From Myxococcales bacterium (GTDB taxonomy: Bacteria > Myxococcota_A > UBA9042): a stretch of DNA of 64,000 nt. The notes beneath the pieces are model-generated. The model was not told where the DNA came from and searched no databases. It saw nothing but the letters and a program-made list of their open reading frames with translations. Of the stretch, positions 1 to 9,202 are shown piece by piece. How positions within the stretch are numbered: the first letter of the stretch is position 1; every line of letters begins with the position of its first letter. The stretch lies in contig JBBISH010000006.1 in the NCBI GenBank assembly GCA_037441385.1, positions 1 to 64,000 on the forward strand, written 5' to 3'. Made by a program: the position numbers and the translations under genes.

Positions 1-926
1 CTGGCGCAGACGTCGCCGCTGGTGCAGGCGTCGCTGTCGTCGCACGGGCTGCCGTCGTTCTGAGCCTTCTTGCTGCAGCCCTTGACGCTGTCGCAGTACT
101 CGGCGGTGCAGGGGTTGCCGTCGTCGACGCAGGTGATCGCAGCGCCCACGCAGCTGCCCGCCGCATCGCACTTGTCGTCCTTGGTGCAGGGGTTGCCGTC
201 GTTGCAGTCGTCGCCCTCGGCCTTCTTGCTCGACTTGCATTCGCCGGTCGCGGTGGCCTTGTCGCAGGTTTCTTGCGTGCAGGGGTTGCCGTCGTCGGTA
301 CAGGTCTTGGGCTGGCCGGCGCCGCACTTGCCGCCGGCGATGCACTTGTCTTGGACGGTGCAAGAGTCCTTGTCGTCGCAAGGCGTTCCGGGCACGGCGT
401 TGGCGAACTGGCACTCGCCCGAGCCATCGTCGGCGCACTTGGCCACCACGCAAGCGACGTCCTTGCCGGCTGGCGGCTCGCAAGCCACGGTGCCTTCGCA
501 AGCGTTCTTGCCGGGGATCTGGCCGTTGCACTGGTCCTTGGTGGTGCACTTCAGGCCGTCGTCGCACGTCGTACCTTGATCGGCTGGACCGATCTTGCAG
601 GCACCTGCCGAGCAAATGGCTTTTTGGCAAAGCGCGGGGTCGGCGTTGACCTTGTCCTTGCACTGATCGTCGCTGCTGCATGCGCCGCCGCTGCTGTCGG
701 CGTCGCCCTGGGTGGCGGTATCGGCCGCGGCGTCGCCGCCGTCTGGATTCTCTAGGCCGTCAGCCGGCGGTTGATCTGTGTCTTTTTCTGCGGTTGTGCC
801 CGAATCCGGCGCGTCCGTGCTTCCGCAGCCCGCCGCCAGGGCCAGGGCAAGCAGCAAGCCAGCAACCGGCAGAATACTCGCGAAGCGCGCCTTGAAACCG
901 GCGTGACGCAAGGACAATTGTTTCAT
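1..926 (-). CDS. Cys-rich repeat lipoprotein, myxobacterial CDDGNPCT-type (runs off the left edge of the window)
   Basis: Not in the ORF track. My minus-strand translation from ATG 926 is MKQLSLRHAGFKARFASILPVAGLLLALALAAGC (lipobox), then an acidic linker and repeated C-[DN]-D-G-N-P-C-T-x-[DE]-x-C units. GGGAGG RBS upstream. Confidence 0.85.
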   Translation of the reverse strand, partial: MKQLSLRHAGFKARFASILPVAGLLLALALAAGCGSTDAPDSGTTAEKDTDQPPADGLENPDGGDAAADTATQGDADSSGGACSSDDQCKDKVNADPALCQKAICSAGACKIGPADQGTTCDDGLKCTTKDQCNGQIPGKNACEGTVACEPPAGKDVACVVAKCADDGSGECQFANAVPGTPCDDKDSCTVQDKCIAGGKCGAGQPKTCTDDGNPCTQETCDKATATGECKSSKKAEGDDCNDGNPCTKDDKCDAAGSCVGAAITCVDDGNPCTAEYCDSVKGCSKKAQNDGSPCDDSDACTSGDVCA

Positions 927-1097
927 CGAACACCCCTCCCGACCTGGGTCGGTACGTACTCGGCCGCCGCGACGCAGGCTGTCCTGAATCGGCCGCTCGC
1001 GATTGGGGGAGTGGCGGCCGAAACAGCGAGTGGACGACCGCGCGCGAGCGCCCACTCCAACGTGCATGGGAACATTAACAGACCGGCGCGTGTTGAA

Positions 1098-1283
1098 GCA
1101 AGTCACTGCTGCGCCACCGATCCGCCGCGTTGGGCGCAACCCGGCGTTGCAGCGTCACTACTCTCCGTGCGGCGACCTCTAGGTCGCCTCCGTCGCTCCG
1201 CTCCTTGCGCCTTGATTTGCATCCCAAATCGACGGCCGCGGCCAATTTTGCTGGTGGATTTTGGGCGCCAGCAGCGCGCTTGC
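1098..1283. repeat. Dispersed repeat family A, copy 1 (MITE/REP-like)
   Basis: Imperfect terminal inverted repeats (GCAAGTCACTGCTGCGCC ... GGCGCCAGCAGCGCGCTTGC) and internal palindrome GGCGACCT-CT-AGGTCGCC. Shares TTGCGCCTTGATTTGCATCCCAAATCG with copy 2. Confidence 0.8.
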
Positions 1284-1325
1284 GGCGACAGCACCAGCCT
1301 TGAATCCGTGGGATAGCGATCGCTG

Positions 1326-2618
1326 CTACGGCCGCGGACCCAGCGGCAGGGGTCCGTGCTGCAACGCTGGCGCCGCGGGGGGTGCGGCGCTGGGCAAATT
1401 GTCCTGCGAGACCACGACATCAAAGCCCTTGTGCTGATAGGCGAAGATCCCCTCGTCCATCACCGCGGTGTGGGCATAGCCGCGCTTGCGCAGCTCGTCG
1501 ACCACGGCACCCGAAGCGTGGTGCGGGCAGGCGCAGTAGGCGATCACCCAGGTGCCGTCGTTGGGCACTTTGTCCAGGTTCGCCATGTCGTAGTACGGCA
1601 GCGACTGCGATCCGGGAATGTGCAGGCGCAGCCAGTCCGACGGCGGCCGCGCGTCCAGGATCACGATGCGCCGCTTGGCCAGCAGGGCTTTGTGGACGTC
1701 TTCGGGCTTGACGAGGCGCCCGTCTTTTAGCTTGAAATCCGCCGGCTTTCCCTTGGGATTGATCACCGGGGACTCGGTCCAGGGCTGGGCGGGCGGCGGC
1801 GCGGGCGGTGGGACGATGGCCGCCATGGGCTGCGCAACCGAGCGCAAATAGGCCACAATATCGGCGATCTGCAGCGGTTCCAGCGCATCGCGCCAAGCCT
1901 GCATGTCGGTGCCGGGCCGGCCGTTGCGGATGGCGTGAACCAGGTAGTCATTGGTCGCCTGCTGGAGCAGCAGCGGATTGAACAGGTGGATGGCCGTGGC
2001 GCGCTGCGCCGGTGTGCCGTGACACTTTTGGCATTTGAGCGCAAAGAACGCCTGACCGCGGGCCATGTTACCCCCTGGTGGCAGCCCAGGCTCGCTGACT
2101 TGCGGCGGTGCGTTGCGACGCAGCCAAGTCACCAGGGCGTCCACCTGCGCCGGCAGCAAGGGCCCGCCCACGGCGCGCGCGTAGGCACCCATCGCCGTGC
2201 CTGGCCGGCCTTGACCGATGCTGGCCGCCAGAAATTCGGGGGTTGCGCTTTCAAGGAAGGTGCTCGACACCAGACTGGGCGCGTTGTCTGCCGCGTAGCC
2301 TTTGCCTTCGGCGCCGTGGCACAGGCTGCAAAAGCGGGCGTACAGGCGGGGCGCGTCGGTGCCCATGGTGGCGGCATCGGCCAGGGCCACCGCGCCCGTC
2401 ACGGGCACCGGCAAACCGGCCGGTTGGGCCAAATGGCCTGCAGGCACGGGGGCTTGTTGGCTTCCGGCGTCGGCAACCAGCTGGTCGCGCGGGACAGCCG
2501 AGTGCACGCGCGCGGTGCGGAAAATCGGGTTGCTGCGGCAGCCCAGCGTCCAGGCCATGAGCAGTAGGCAGGCGATCGCGGCGGGAGACAGGGTGTTTCG
2601 GTTTCGGTTCGGCGACAT
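1326..2618 (-). CDS. Diheme cytochrome c fused to C-terminal rhodanese domain, probable lipoprotein
   Basis: TLGC lipobox; CSLCH and CQKCH heme motifs with downstream Met (AMGAY, DMQAW); rhodanese ILDAR...HIPGS...IAYCACPHHAS. Confidence 0.85.
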   Translation of the reverse strand: MSPNRNRNTLSPAAIACLLLMAWTLGCRSNPIFRTARVHSAVPRDQLVADAGSQQAPVPAGHLAQPAGLPVPVTGAVALADAATMGTDAPRLYARFCSLCHGAEGKGYAADNAPSLVSSTFLESATPEFLAASIGQGRPGTAMGAYARAVGGPLLPAQVDALVTWLRRNAPPQVSEPGLPPGGNMARGQAFFALKCQKCHGTPAQRATAIHLFNPLLLQQATNDYLVHAIRNGRPGTDMQAWRDALEPLQIADIVAYLRSVAQPMAAIVPPPAPPPAQPWTESPVINPKGKPADFKLKDGRLVKPEDVHKALLAKRRIVILDARPPSDWLRLHIPGSQSLPYYDMANLDKVPNDGTWVIAYCACPHHASGAVVDELRKRGYAHTAVMDEGIFAYQHKGFDVVVSQDNLPSAAPPAAPALQHGPLPLGPRP

Positions 2619-2673
2619 GCGACCTCGGAGCGGTGAGCGCGGCGCCGCAGGATGCCGTTGCCCTGCTCACCTG

Positions 2674-2985
2674 GCAAGTCGGGTGCCGCGCCCCCAATCC
2701 GCCGCCTTGGGCACAACTCGGCGTTGCTGCGGCGCATCTCTCCCTGCGGCGACCTTTAGGGCGTCTCGTACGGTTTCCGTCCAAATCGGCTCGAAAACTT
2801 CGGCAATTCTTCGGGCCCGAACCGGGGTCCCCGCCTGATTCTCGCCGGTTGCAGACCGGGTCAGAGGAACCGTACAGGCGTGAATCAGACGGGGTTCGTA
2901 TCAGTTGCCCAGCTCGTTGCGCCTTGATTTGCATCCCAAATCGGCGGCCGCGGGGAATTTCGCTGGCAGATTCTTTGCGCGCAGC
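2674..2985. repeat. Dispersed repeat family A, copy 2 (interrupted by a family B element)
   Basis: Colinear with 1098-1283 in the same orientation once 2768-2902 is removed. Right end is diverged, so that boundary is approximate. Confidence 0.75.
2769..2900 (-). mobile_element. Family B 132-bp TA-bounded MITE-like element, copy 1
   Basis: Aligns with 8734-8904, 16394-16525 and 33845-33975. Invariant core GGGACCCCGGTTCGGGCCCG; degenerate TIRs. Confidence 0.75.
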
Positions 2986-3034
2986 TGGGTAAGCGGGTTG
3001 CGCAGCCGGAACCCTCTCGCAATGATCAAGCACG

Positions 3035-3775
3035 TTAAATCATTTGGCTTTCTCCGAGTTCGACCTGGCAGGGCGAGCCGCCCGCGTAGCGAACCGTTCC
3101 CTGCCCGCCGGCCACGCTCACGACCGTGTGACTCACGGTGTGCGCCCAGGGACCGTGGATGCAAGGCGGGCGGGCCGCCGCGCCGCTGTGATGATCGGCA
3201 AAGAGCCCCAGCAAGGTCTGGCTGTTGCGCTCGGTCGGCCGGTGGCGGTTCAGGTAGCGCTGCAGGCTGGCGCGGCGCTCGGCCAGCACCGCGGTGGCGC
3301 GCCAGGCCGAAGAGGCGTGGATCAAGGGGGCACGGCGGCGCCGAACCACCAGGCGAGCGCCGTTCCAGCGCGCCAGATGCAGCTGCGGACCCAGGGCCGT
3401 CGGCGCGGCCAACAGCAAGTCGAAGGGTGGAAAATGCTGAAGATCACCGCCGTTCGCCAGCCTCCGCAGCTCGGCCAGGGCTGCCGGCAGGGTTCCCAGG
3501 GCCAGCAGCTCTCGCACCAGCTGCCCCCGGCTGCGCACCGGTTCGCGGGGCGGCGCTGCCTCGCAAAAACAGTTCAGCAGCGCCACCGTCAAGTGCTGGT
3601 CGGTCAGGCCGATCCAGGTCCCGCCCGCGTCCTGGTCGGTGGGCGCCAGGTAGCTGCCGGTGGCGGTGATCACCCGGCTAGGTGGCAAGGCCGGTCGCCG
3701 GCTGTGCAATTCGTCGCGGTTGAACCCGATCAGCAAGTCGGCGGCGGGGGTCGCCAGCACCACTACCGTACACAT
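3035..3775 (-). CDS. NRDE / TANGO2-family protein
   Basis: N-terminal MCT, NRDE motif, GGTW, ALLN, SRG motifs. Confidence 0.85.
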   Translation of the reverse strand: MCTVVVLATPAADLLIGFNRDELHSRRPALPPSRVITATGSYLAPTDQDAGGTWIGLTDQHLTVALLNCFCEAAPPREPVRSRGQLVRELLALGTLPAALAELRRLANGGDLQHFPPFDLLLAAPTALGPQLHLARWNGARLVVRRRRAPLIHASSAWRATAVLAERRASLQRYLNRHRPTERNSQTLLGLFADHHSGAAARPPCIHGPWAHTVSHTVVSVAGGQGTVRYAGGSPCQVELGESQMI

Positions 3776-3796
3776 GACGGGGCTCCGCGGCGACGA

Positions 3797-4942
3797 TCAG
3801 GCGTCGGCCAACACCAAGTCGTCGCGGTGGATCAGCTCGTCGGCCGGCAGCCAGCCCAGGGCCGCGGCGATCTGATCGGTGCGCAACCCGCAAATCTTGC
3901 TCGCTTCTTCGCTGGCGTAGCGGACCAAACCGCGCGCCACGAGTTGGCCGGTCGGGCCCACCACCGCCACCGCGTCGCCCACTTGGAAGCGCCCTTCGAC
4001 GCGCACGACGCCGGCCGGCAGCAGCGAGCGACCGCCCTGGGCCAAGGCCTGCGCGGCGCCCGCGTCCACGTGCAGCGTGCCGCGCGGACGGAGCGAGGTG
4101 GCTACCCAAGAACGCTTGCCAGACAAGGGTTTGGCTGATGGCTGCACCACGGTGCCCAGGGGCTCGCCGCGCAGCAGGTCCGGAGCGATGCCGGGGCGCT
4201 TGCCGCGGGCGATCGCCGCCACCACGCCCACCGAGCCGGCTTTTTTGGCCGCCAGCAGCTTGCTTTTCATGCCGCCGCTGCCAAAGGCCGAGGTCCCGTC
4301 TTCGGCGGCCGACAGCGCCTGGGCGTCACGTAACCCTACAAAATGAATCAGCTTTGCCGTGGGATCCTTGTTCGGATGGGCGGTGTACAGGCCGTCGACT
4401 TCGGTCAAAAGCAACAGCGCGTCGGCCTCGACCACGTGGGCGACCTGGGCCGCCAGTTGGTCGTTGTCGCCAAAGCGCAGCTCGTCGACCGAGATCGTGT
4501 CATTTTCGTTGACGATCGGCAAGATACCCGCCGCCAGCAACTCGGCGAGCACGCGGCGCGCGTGTAGAAAGCGACCGCGATCGGCCAAATCCGCGTGGGT
4601 CAGCAGGACTTGCGCCACTTGCCGGCCCAGCCCCTGCATTTCCATCCGGTAGCGCGCCATGAGCAGCGGTTGTCCGATCGCGGCCAGCGCCTGTTTGCCC
4701 AGGCCGCGCTCGCGGCCCACTTCGCCAGCGCCCACCTCGCCAGTGCCGGACGCAACTGCACCCGACGAGACCAGCACCACCTGCCGACCCTCATCGAGCA
4801 ACTGGGCAAGATCTTGGCACAAACCGGCAATCGTGCGCCCATCCAAGCGCCCGTCGCTCAGGCACAGGGCCTGCGAACCGACCTTGACCACCACGCGCTT
4901 GGACCGCGCAAGTTGTTGACGTAGCTGCTGTTCCACGGTCAT
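3797..4942 (-). CDS. proB: Glutamate 5-kinase with PUA domain
   Basis: VVVKVGS, VSSGAVASG, AAIGQ, PIVNENDT, FGDNDQLAA, GSGGMKSK; C-terminal PUA (SLLPAGV...GRF). Confidence 0.95.
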   Translation of the reverse strand: MTVEQQLRQQLARSKRVVVKVGSQALCLSDGRLDGRTIAGLCQDLAQLLDEGRQVVLVSSGAVASGTGEVGAGEVGRERGLGKQALAAIGQPLLMARYRMEMQGLGRQVAQVLLTHADLADRGRFLHARRVLAELLAAGILPIVNENDTISVDELRFGDNDQLAAQVAHVVEADALLLLTEVDGLYTAHPNKDPTAKLIHFVGLRDAQALSAAEDGTSAFGSGGMKSKLLAAKKAGSVGVVAAIARGKRPGIAPDLLRGEPLGTVVQPSAKPLSGKRSWVATSLRPRGTLHVDAGAAQALAQGGRSLLPAGVVRVEGRFQVGDAVAVVGPTGQLVARGLVRYASEEASKICGLRTDQIAAALGWLPADELIHRDDLVLADA

Positions 4943-4945
4943 CGG

Positions 4946-6235
4946 CTAGTTCCCGTCCGAGATGCGCTCGATGCGCGCACCCAGCCGCTGTAGTTTCTCT
5001 TCGATGCGCTCGTAGCCCCGGTCGATCTGGCGGATGTTGTGGATGGTGGTCACACCCTGACTGCACAAGGCCGCAATCAGCAAAGCCATACCGGCGCGCA
5101 CGTCCGGCGACTGCACCCGCTGACCCACCAGCCGCGTCGGCCCCACCACCACCACCCGGTGCGGGTCGCACAAGATGATCTGCGCGCCCATGCCGATCAG
5201 GTGGTCGACAAAGAACATGCGCCCTTCGAACATCTTCTCGAAAAAGAGCACCGTGCCCTGGCTCTGGGTGGCCACGGTGATGGCGATCGACATGAGATCC
5301 GTGGGGAATTGCGGCCAGATCGCGTCGTCGATCTTGGGGATGCCGCCCGACAAGTCTTGGCGGATCTTCAAGTTCTGGCCGCCGGGCACCAGGATGTCGT
5401 TGCCGACCACGCGTGTCTCGACACCCAAGCGGCCAAAAACCATACGGATCATCCGCAGGTGCTCGGGCGCGGCGTCTTCGATGGTCACCTCGCCGCCTGT
5501 CACCGCCGCCAGGCCGATGAAGGAACCGACCTCCAAGTAGTCGGGACCAATGTGGAATTCGCAGCCGTGCAGCTTGGGCACGCCGTGGATCACCAGCCGG
5601 TTGCTACCGATGCCCTGGATGTCCGCGCCCATGCTGTTCAGCATGCGAGCAATGCCCTGGACATGCGGTTCGCAGGCGGCGTTGTTCAAGATCGTCTCGC
5701 CCTCGGCGACCGCGGCGGCCAGCAGCAAGTTCTCGGTCGCCGTGACCGAGGCCTCGTCCAAGAGCAGGTCGCTGCCGCGCAAGTTCTGGGCGATCAAGTG
5801 GAAGCCGGCGTCATCGTACTGGAAATTCGCACCCAGAGCTTGGAAGCCCTCAAAGTGGGTGTCCAAGCGGCGCCGGCCAATCACGTCGCCGCCGGGGGGC
5901 GGCAGATGGGCTTCGTGCGCGCGGCCCAGCAGCGAACCGGCAAACAGGATCGACGCACGCACGCGACGGCCCAGTTCGTCGGGCACTTGCGCGGTCTTGA
6001 GAACGGGGGTGTGAACCCGCACCGAATGCGGCGACAAGCGCGTCACTTCGGCGCCCAAGCTCACCGCCACGTCCAGCATCACGCGAACATCCAAAATATC
6101 CGGTAGGTTATGTAGTACTACCGGCTCGTCGGTCAGCAGCGTCGCCGCCACCGCCGGCAAGGCTTCGTTCTTGTTGCCCGCCACGCGGACGCGACCGGAC
6201 AGCGGCACTCCACCTTCGATGCGAAAGAAGCTCAT
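4946..6235 (-). CDS. murA: UDP-N-acetylglucosamine 1-carboxyvinyltransferase (Asp-type at the Cys115 position)
   Basis: [55 protein letters not shown]. Confidence 0.95.
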   Translation of the reverse strand: MSFFRIEGGVPLSGRVRVAGNKNEALPAVAATLLTDEPVVLHNLPDILDVRVMLDVAVSLGAEVTRLSPHSVRVHTPVLKTAQVPDELGRRVRASILFAGSLLGRAHEAHLPPPGGDVIGRRRLDTHFEGFQALGANFQYDDAGFHLIAQNLRGSDLLLDEASVTATENLLLAAAVAEGETILNNAACEPHVQGIARMLNSMGADIQGIGSNRLVIHGVPKLHGCEFHIGPDYLEVGSFIGLAAVTGGEVTIEDAAPEHLRMIRMVFGRLGVETRVVGNDILVPGGQNLKIRQDLSGGIPKIDDAIWPQFPTDLMSIAITVATQSQGTVLFFEKMFEGRMFFVDHLIGMGAQIILCDPHRVVVVGPTRLVGQRVQSPDVRAGMALLIAALCSQGVTTIHNIRQIDRGYERIEEKLQRLGARIERISDGN

Positions 6236-7365
6236 GGTTGCACCTCATCTTGCGCGCCCTCGGCCTGGAACTGGCCCGATTGCACGCGAAAAATCTGCCG
6301 CGGCGCGGCGACCGCGATGTGTTTGGCGTCGGTGGTCGTCACCACCACCTGCCCGCCCAATTCGTCCAGCAGCCGCATCAGCGCGGCGTTGCGCGTGGCG
6401 TCGAGCTCGCTGGACACGTCGTCCAGCAGGAGCAGCGGCGCCTCGCCCAATGTGGTCTCGATGCTCGTAATTTCGGCGATTTTGCAGGCCAACACCAGCG
6501 CCCGGCACTGGCCCTGCGACGCGTGCTGATGGGCCGGACGACCCAGCAAGTCAAAGCCCACGTCGTCGCGGTGCGGTCCCACAGTCGTGTGGCCCGCGGC
6601 CAGATCGCGTGGGCGACGGTCGGTCAGCGACTGCAAAAGCCCAGCCTCGTCGCCGGCTTTGGGGTCTTTGAGCAGGTAGTGCACCTGGGCGTCCAAGCCC
6701 GGCGCGGCGATCTGTTCGAACGCCTGGGCCAGTTTTGGTGCAAAATCGTTCAAGATTTCGCTGCGACGCTGCAGGACCAGCGCCCCGTGGCGGGCCAGCA
6801 GGCTGTCGTACACATCCAGCATGTCCGGATCGATGCGCACCTGCCCCAGCGCGTGCCGGCGCAGCAGCGCGTTGCGCGAGGCCAAGGCCTGTTCGTACTT
6901 GCGCAATTCGTCCAAGTGCGCCGGCTGATGGCCAAACACCATGCGGTCTAGCCAACGGCGACGCGCTTCAGGCTCGGCGTGCGGCAACTGCAGGTCTTGC
7001 GTAGTGAAAACGACCGCGCTCAGGTTGCCGACAAACGCGGACGCCGCGGTCACCGCCTTGCCGTCGACCATCAGCCGGCGATGGCCGTGGCTGAGTCCCA
7101 GACCCAACTGCCGCGGTCCGGCCTTGCCCGCTACGATCGCCGAGATGCTGGCTTGGTCGGCCGAAAACGTAATACACTCGGACAGTTTATTGGCACGGAA
7201 GCTGCGCAAACCGGCCAGCAGCGCCACGGCTTCGAGCAAGTTGGTCTTGCCCTGACCGTTGTCGCCCACGATCAGGTTGAAGCGCGGATGCGGGCGCCAC
7301 TCGAGCACGCCCTCTGGGCCGTGCAAGTTACGAAAGCCTTGTAGAATCAGCCGTTCGAGCTGCAT
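6232..7365 (-). CDS. recF: DNA replication/repair protein RecF
   Basis: FRN, Walker [42 protein letters not shown]; follows dnaN. Confidence 0.95.
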   Translation of the reverse strand: MQLERLILQGFRNLHGPEGVLEWRPHPRFNLIVGDNGQGKTNLLEAVALLAGLRSFRANKLSECITFSADQASISAIVAGKAGPRQLGLGLSHGHRRLMVDGKAVTAASAFVGNLSAVVFTTQDLQLPHAEPEARRRWLDRMVFGHQPAHLDELRKYEQALASRNALLRRHALGQVRIDPDMLDVYDSLLARHGALVLQRRSEILNDFAPKLAQAFEQIAAPGLDAQVHYLLKDPKAGDEAGLLQSLTDRRPRDLAAGHTTVGPHRDDVGFDLLGRPAHQHASQGQCRALVLACKIAEITSIETTLGEAPLLLLDDVSSELDATRNAALMRLLDELGGQVVVTTTDAKHIAVAAPRQIFRVQSGQFQAEGAQDEVQP

Positions 7366-7431
7366 GACCGGCCATCGCGCGGGGAAAGGAGGTGCGCTGC
7401 GAGTGGGGAGGTGCTGGGGAGTCGCGCTGCG

Positions 7432-8583
7432 CTACTGGCGCATCGGCATGATCACGAACTGGCTGGCTGGCTCCTCGTCGCTATGGATGAGGCACGGCGA
7501 GAATTGGTCGCGCAGCTCCAGGGTGATGTTGTCGCTGGTCAGCACGCCGCAAACATCCAGAAGGTGCTTGGGATTGAACAGGAACTTCATCGGAGCGCCC
7601 TGCCACGAGTCGATCTCGACCTCTTCGTGGGCATCGCCATACGACGGGAAATTCATCTCGAGCGACACCCGACCCGGCTCGATGTCGAGCTTGAGCGGCT
7701 GGATGTGGTCGTCGCGGCCCTTGACGCCCAGCAGCGCCACCCGGCGGATCGCCGTGGCCAGGGAATCGCGCGGCAACGTCACCGAAATATCGCTCTTGTC
7801 GGGCACGACGCGCGTGTAGTCGGGGAAATTCGCCTCGACCTGGCGGACCTGCAAACGCGTGCGATCACTAGAGAACACCAGATTGCGGCCGATGAACTCG
7901 ATGCGCAGGGCCGGATCCGACCCTTCGATCAAGCGCTGCAGTTCAGCCGCGCCGCGGCGGTGAATGATGCAAGAAGTCTTGCTGCCATCGTAATCCGGCG
8001 CCGCCACCAACCGCTCGACCTTGCTCAGGCGCAGGCCGTCGGTCGACACCATGCGCAGCCGAACCTGGCCTTCGCCCTCGGGTTCCACTTCGAGCAGGAT
8101 GCCGCTGATGGCCGGACGACGATCGTCGGTCGAGACCGAAAACAGCGTGTGCCGCAGCATCGAGTCGATGTGCACTTTGTCGGTGATCAGCACCCTACCC
8201 GCGGCCGAGTCCAGGTTCTGGGGCGGAAATTCGTAGGGCGGCAGGCCGTTGAGGTGGAAATAGCCTTTGCCCGCCTCGATGCGCATACGGTGGTTTTCGT
8301 CGGCGGTGAGCACGATCGTTGCCCCATCGGGCAGCGCGCGCACAACCTGGAACAGACCTTTGGCGCTGACCAAAGCGGCGCCTGCCTCGATGACATCTGC
8401 CGAAACCTCTGCGTTTACGGTAACTTCGTAGTCGGTCGCGGACAGGACGAGCCGATCGTCTTCCGCCTCGATGTGCACACACGCCGTCACGTTGGCGTTG
8501 CTCTGATTCGACCGTTCGTCGGCAGCACCCTGGGCGCGGTACAGCGGAACCATCAGGGCGGCCTTGTCGATGCGAACCTTCAT
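7432..8583 (-). CDS. dnaN: DNA polymerase III beta sliding clamp
   Basis: SATDYE, MVSTDGLRL, FPDYTRVVP, FNPKHLLD, VIMPMR. Start MKVRIDK at 8583 with AGGAG RBS. Confidence 0.93.
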   Translation of the reverse strand: MKVRIDKAALMVPLYRAQGAADERSNQSNANVTACVHIEAEDDRLVLSATDYEVTVNAEVSADVIEAGAALVSAKGLFQVVRALPDGATIVLTADENHRMRIEAGKGYFHLNGLPPYEFPPQNLDSAAGRVLITDKVHIDSMLRHTLFSVSTDDRRPAISGILLEVEPEGEGQVRLRMVSTDGLRLSKVERLVAAPDYDGSKTSCIIHRRGAAELQRLIEGSDPALRIEFIGRNLVFSSDRTRLQVRQVEANFPDYTRVVPDKSDISVTLPRDSLATAIRRVALLGVKGRDDHIQPLKLDIEPGRVSLEMNFPSYGDAHEEVEIDSWQGAPMKFLFNPKHLLDVCGVLTSDNITLELRDQFSPCLIHSDEEPASQFVIMPMRQ

Positions 8584-8733
8584 GAAATCTCCTTGCCCGT
8601 TCTGACTGCTTGTGGCCGAGCGATCGGGCCGGTGTGGAACCGACGATCTGCCCGCCGAGTCGGGGTGCAATCTTGTACCGCGAATTGCAGGCGCCGAAAA
8701 GGGGCCTGCCGTGGTGAAGTTGCGCCCATGTCA

Positions 8734-8904
8734 GACCCACCCCACTTGAATCGCGCCTGTACGGCTTTTCTGACCCGCTCTGCAACAGGCGAGAATCAGG
8801 CTGGGACCCCGGTTCGGGCCCGAACAATGGCTCCGAACAATGGCTCCGAACAAGTGTCCCGAACAGTTGCCCGAGTATTCGCTCCGATTCGGCCGGAACG
8901 GGTA
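8734..8904 (+). mobile_element. Family B element copy 2, with internal 13-bp tandem expansion
   Basis: Same core as the other copies; CCGAACAATGGCT-like unit x4 at 8820-8871. Confidence 0.7.
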
Positions 8905-8974
8905 TTCGCCCACCCCGACCCAGCGGCGCTGGGGGACGGCCTGGTTTGGCCTCCACCCGCGCTCGTGGGAGGTG

Positions 8975-9202
8975 GAAGTCTGGGTAAAAAGAGCGGAGGA
9001 AGGGGGCCTGTGGAAGGTGGGGATGTCCAGGAAAATCGATTATGATTGCATGATTGAGTGCGATCGACCTGTGGACAAGATCGGCGGCCGGATCGGGACA
9101 ACCGCGGCTTTGTCCCCATGGGATTTGGGCTGTCCCCAGGCCGATGGTGCCGTACCCAGTTTGTCCACGCGCTGTCCCCAGGTGGCCGGTGACTTATCCA
9201 CA
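8975..9202. other. Putative replication origin (oriC): DnaA-box cluster and unwinding element
   Basis: TTATCCACA 9194-9202; TGTGGACAA 9070-9078; TTGTCCCCA 9110, CTGTCCCCA 9130, TTGTCCACG 9161, CTGTCCCCA 9172; minus-strand tandem boxes ACATCCCCA-CCTTCCACA followed by GGCC (9026->9005); AT-rich 9032-9058; located upstream of dnaN. Confidence 0.7.

Noticed and set aside
70..579. Plus-strand ORF with VQGLPSS repeats
   Set aside because: Antisense shadow of the real minus-strand Cys-rich gene (1-926).
1098..2985. Repeats A/B as integron attC sites
   Set aside because: No RYYYAAC...GTTRRRY ends, no intI, and copies occur in mixed orientations between core genes.
2251..3033. ORFs sharing RRFGMQIKAQ / GDPGSGP peptides (also 1103-1423, 16299-16649, 33891-34160)
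   Set aside because: Translations of repeat families A and B, not genes.
8820..8871. Possible CRISPR-like array
   Set aside because: Contiguous 13-bp units with no spacers, and no cas genes in the window.
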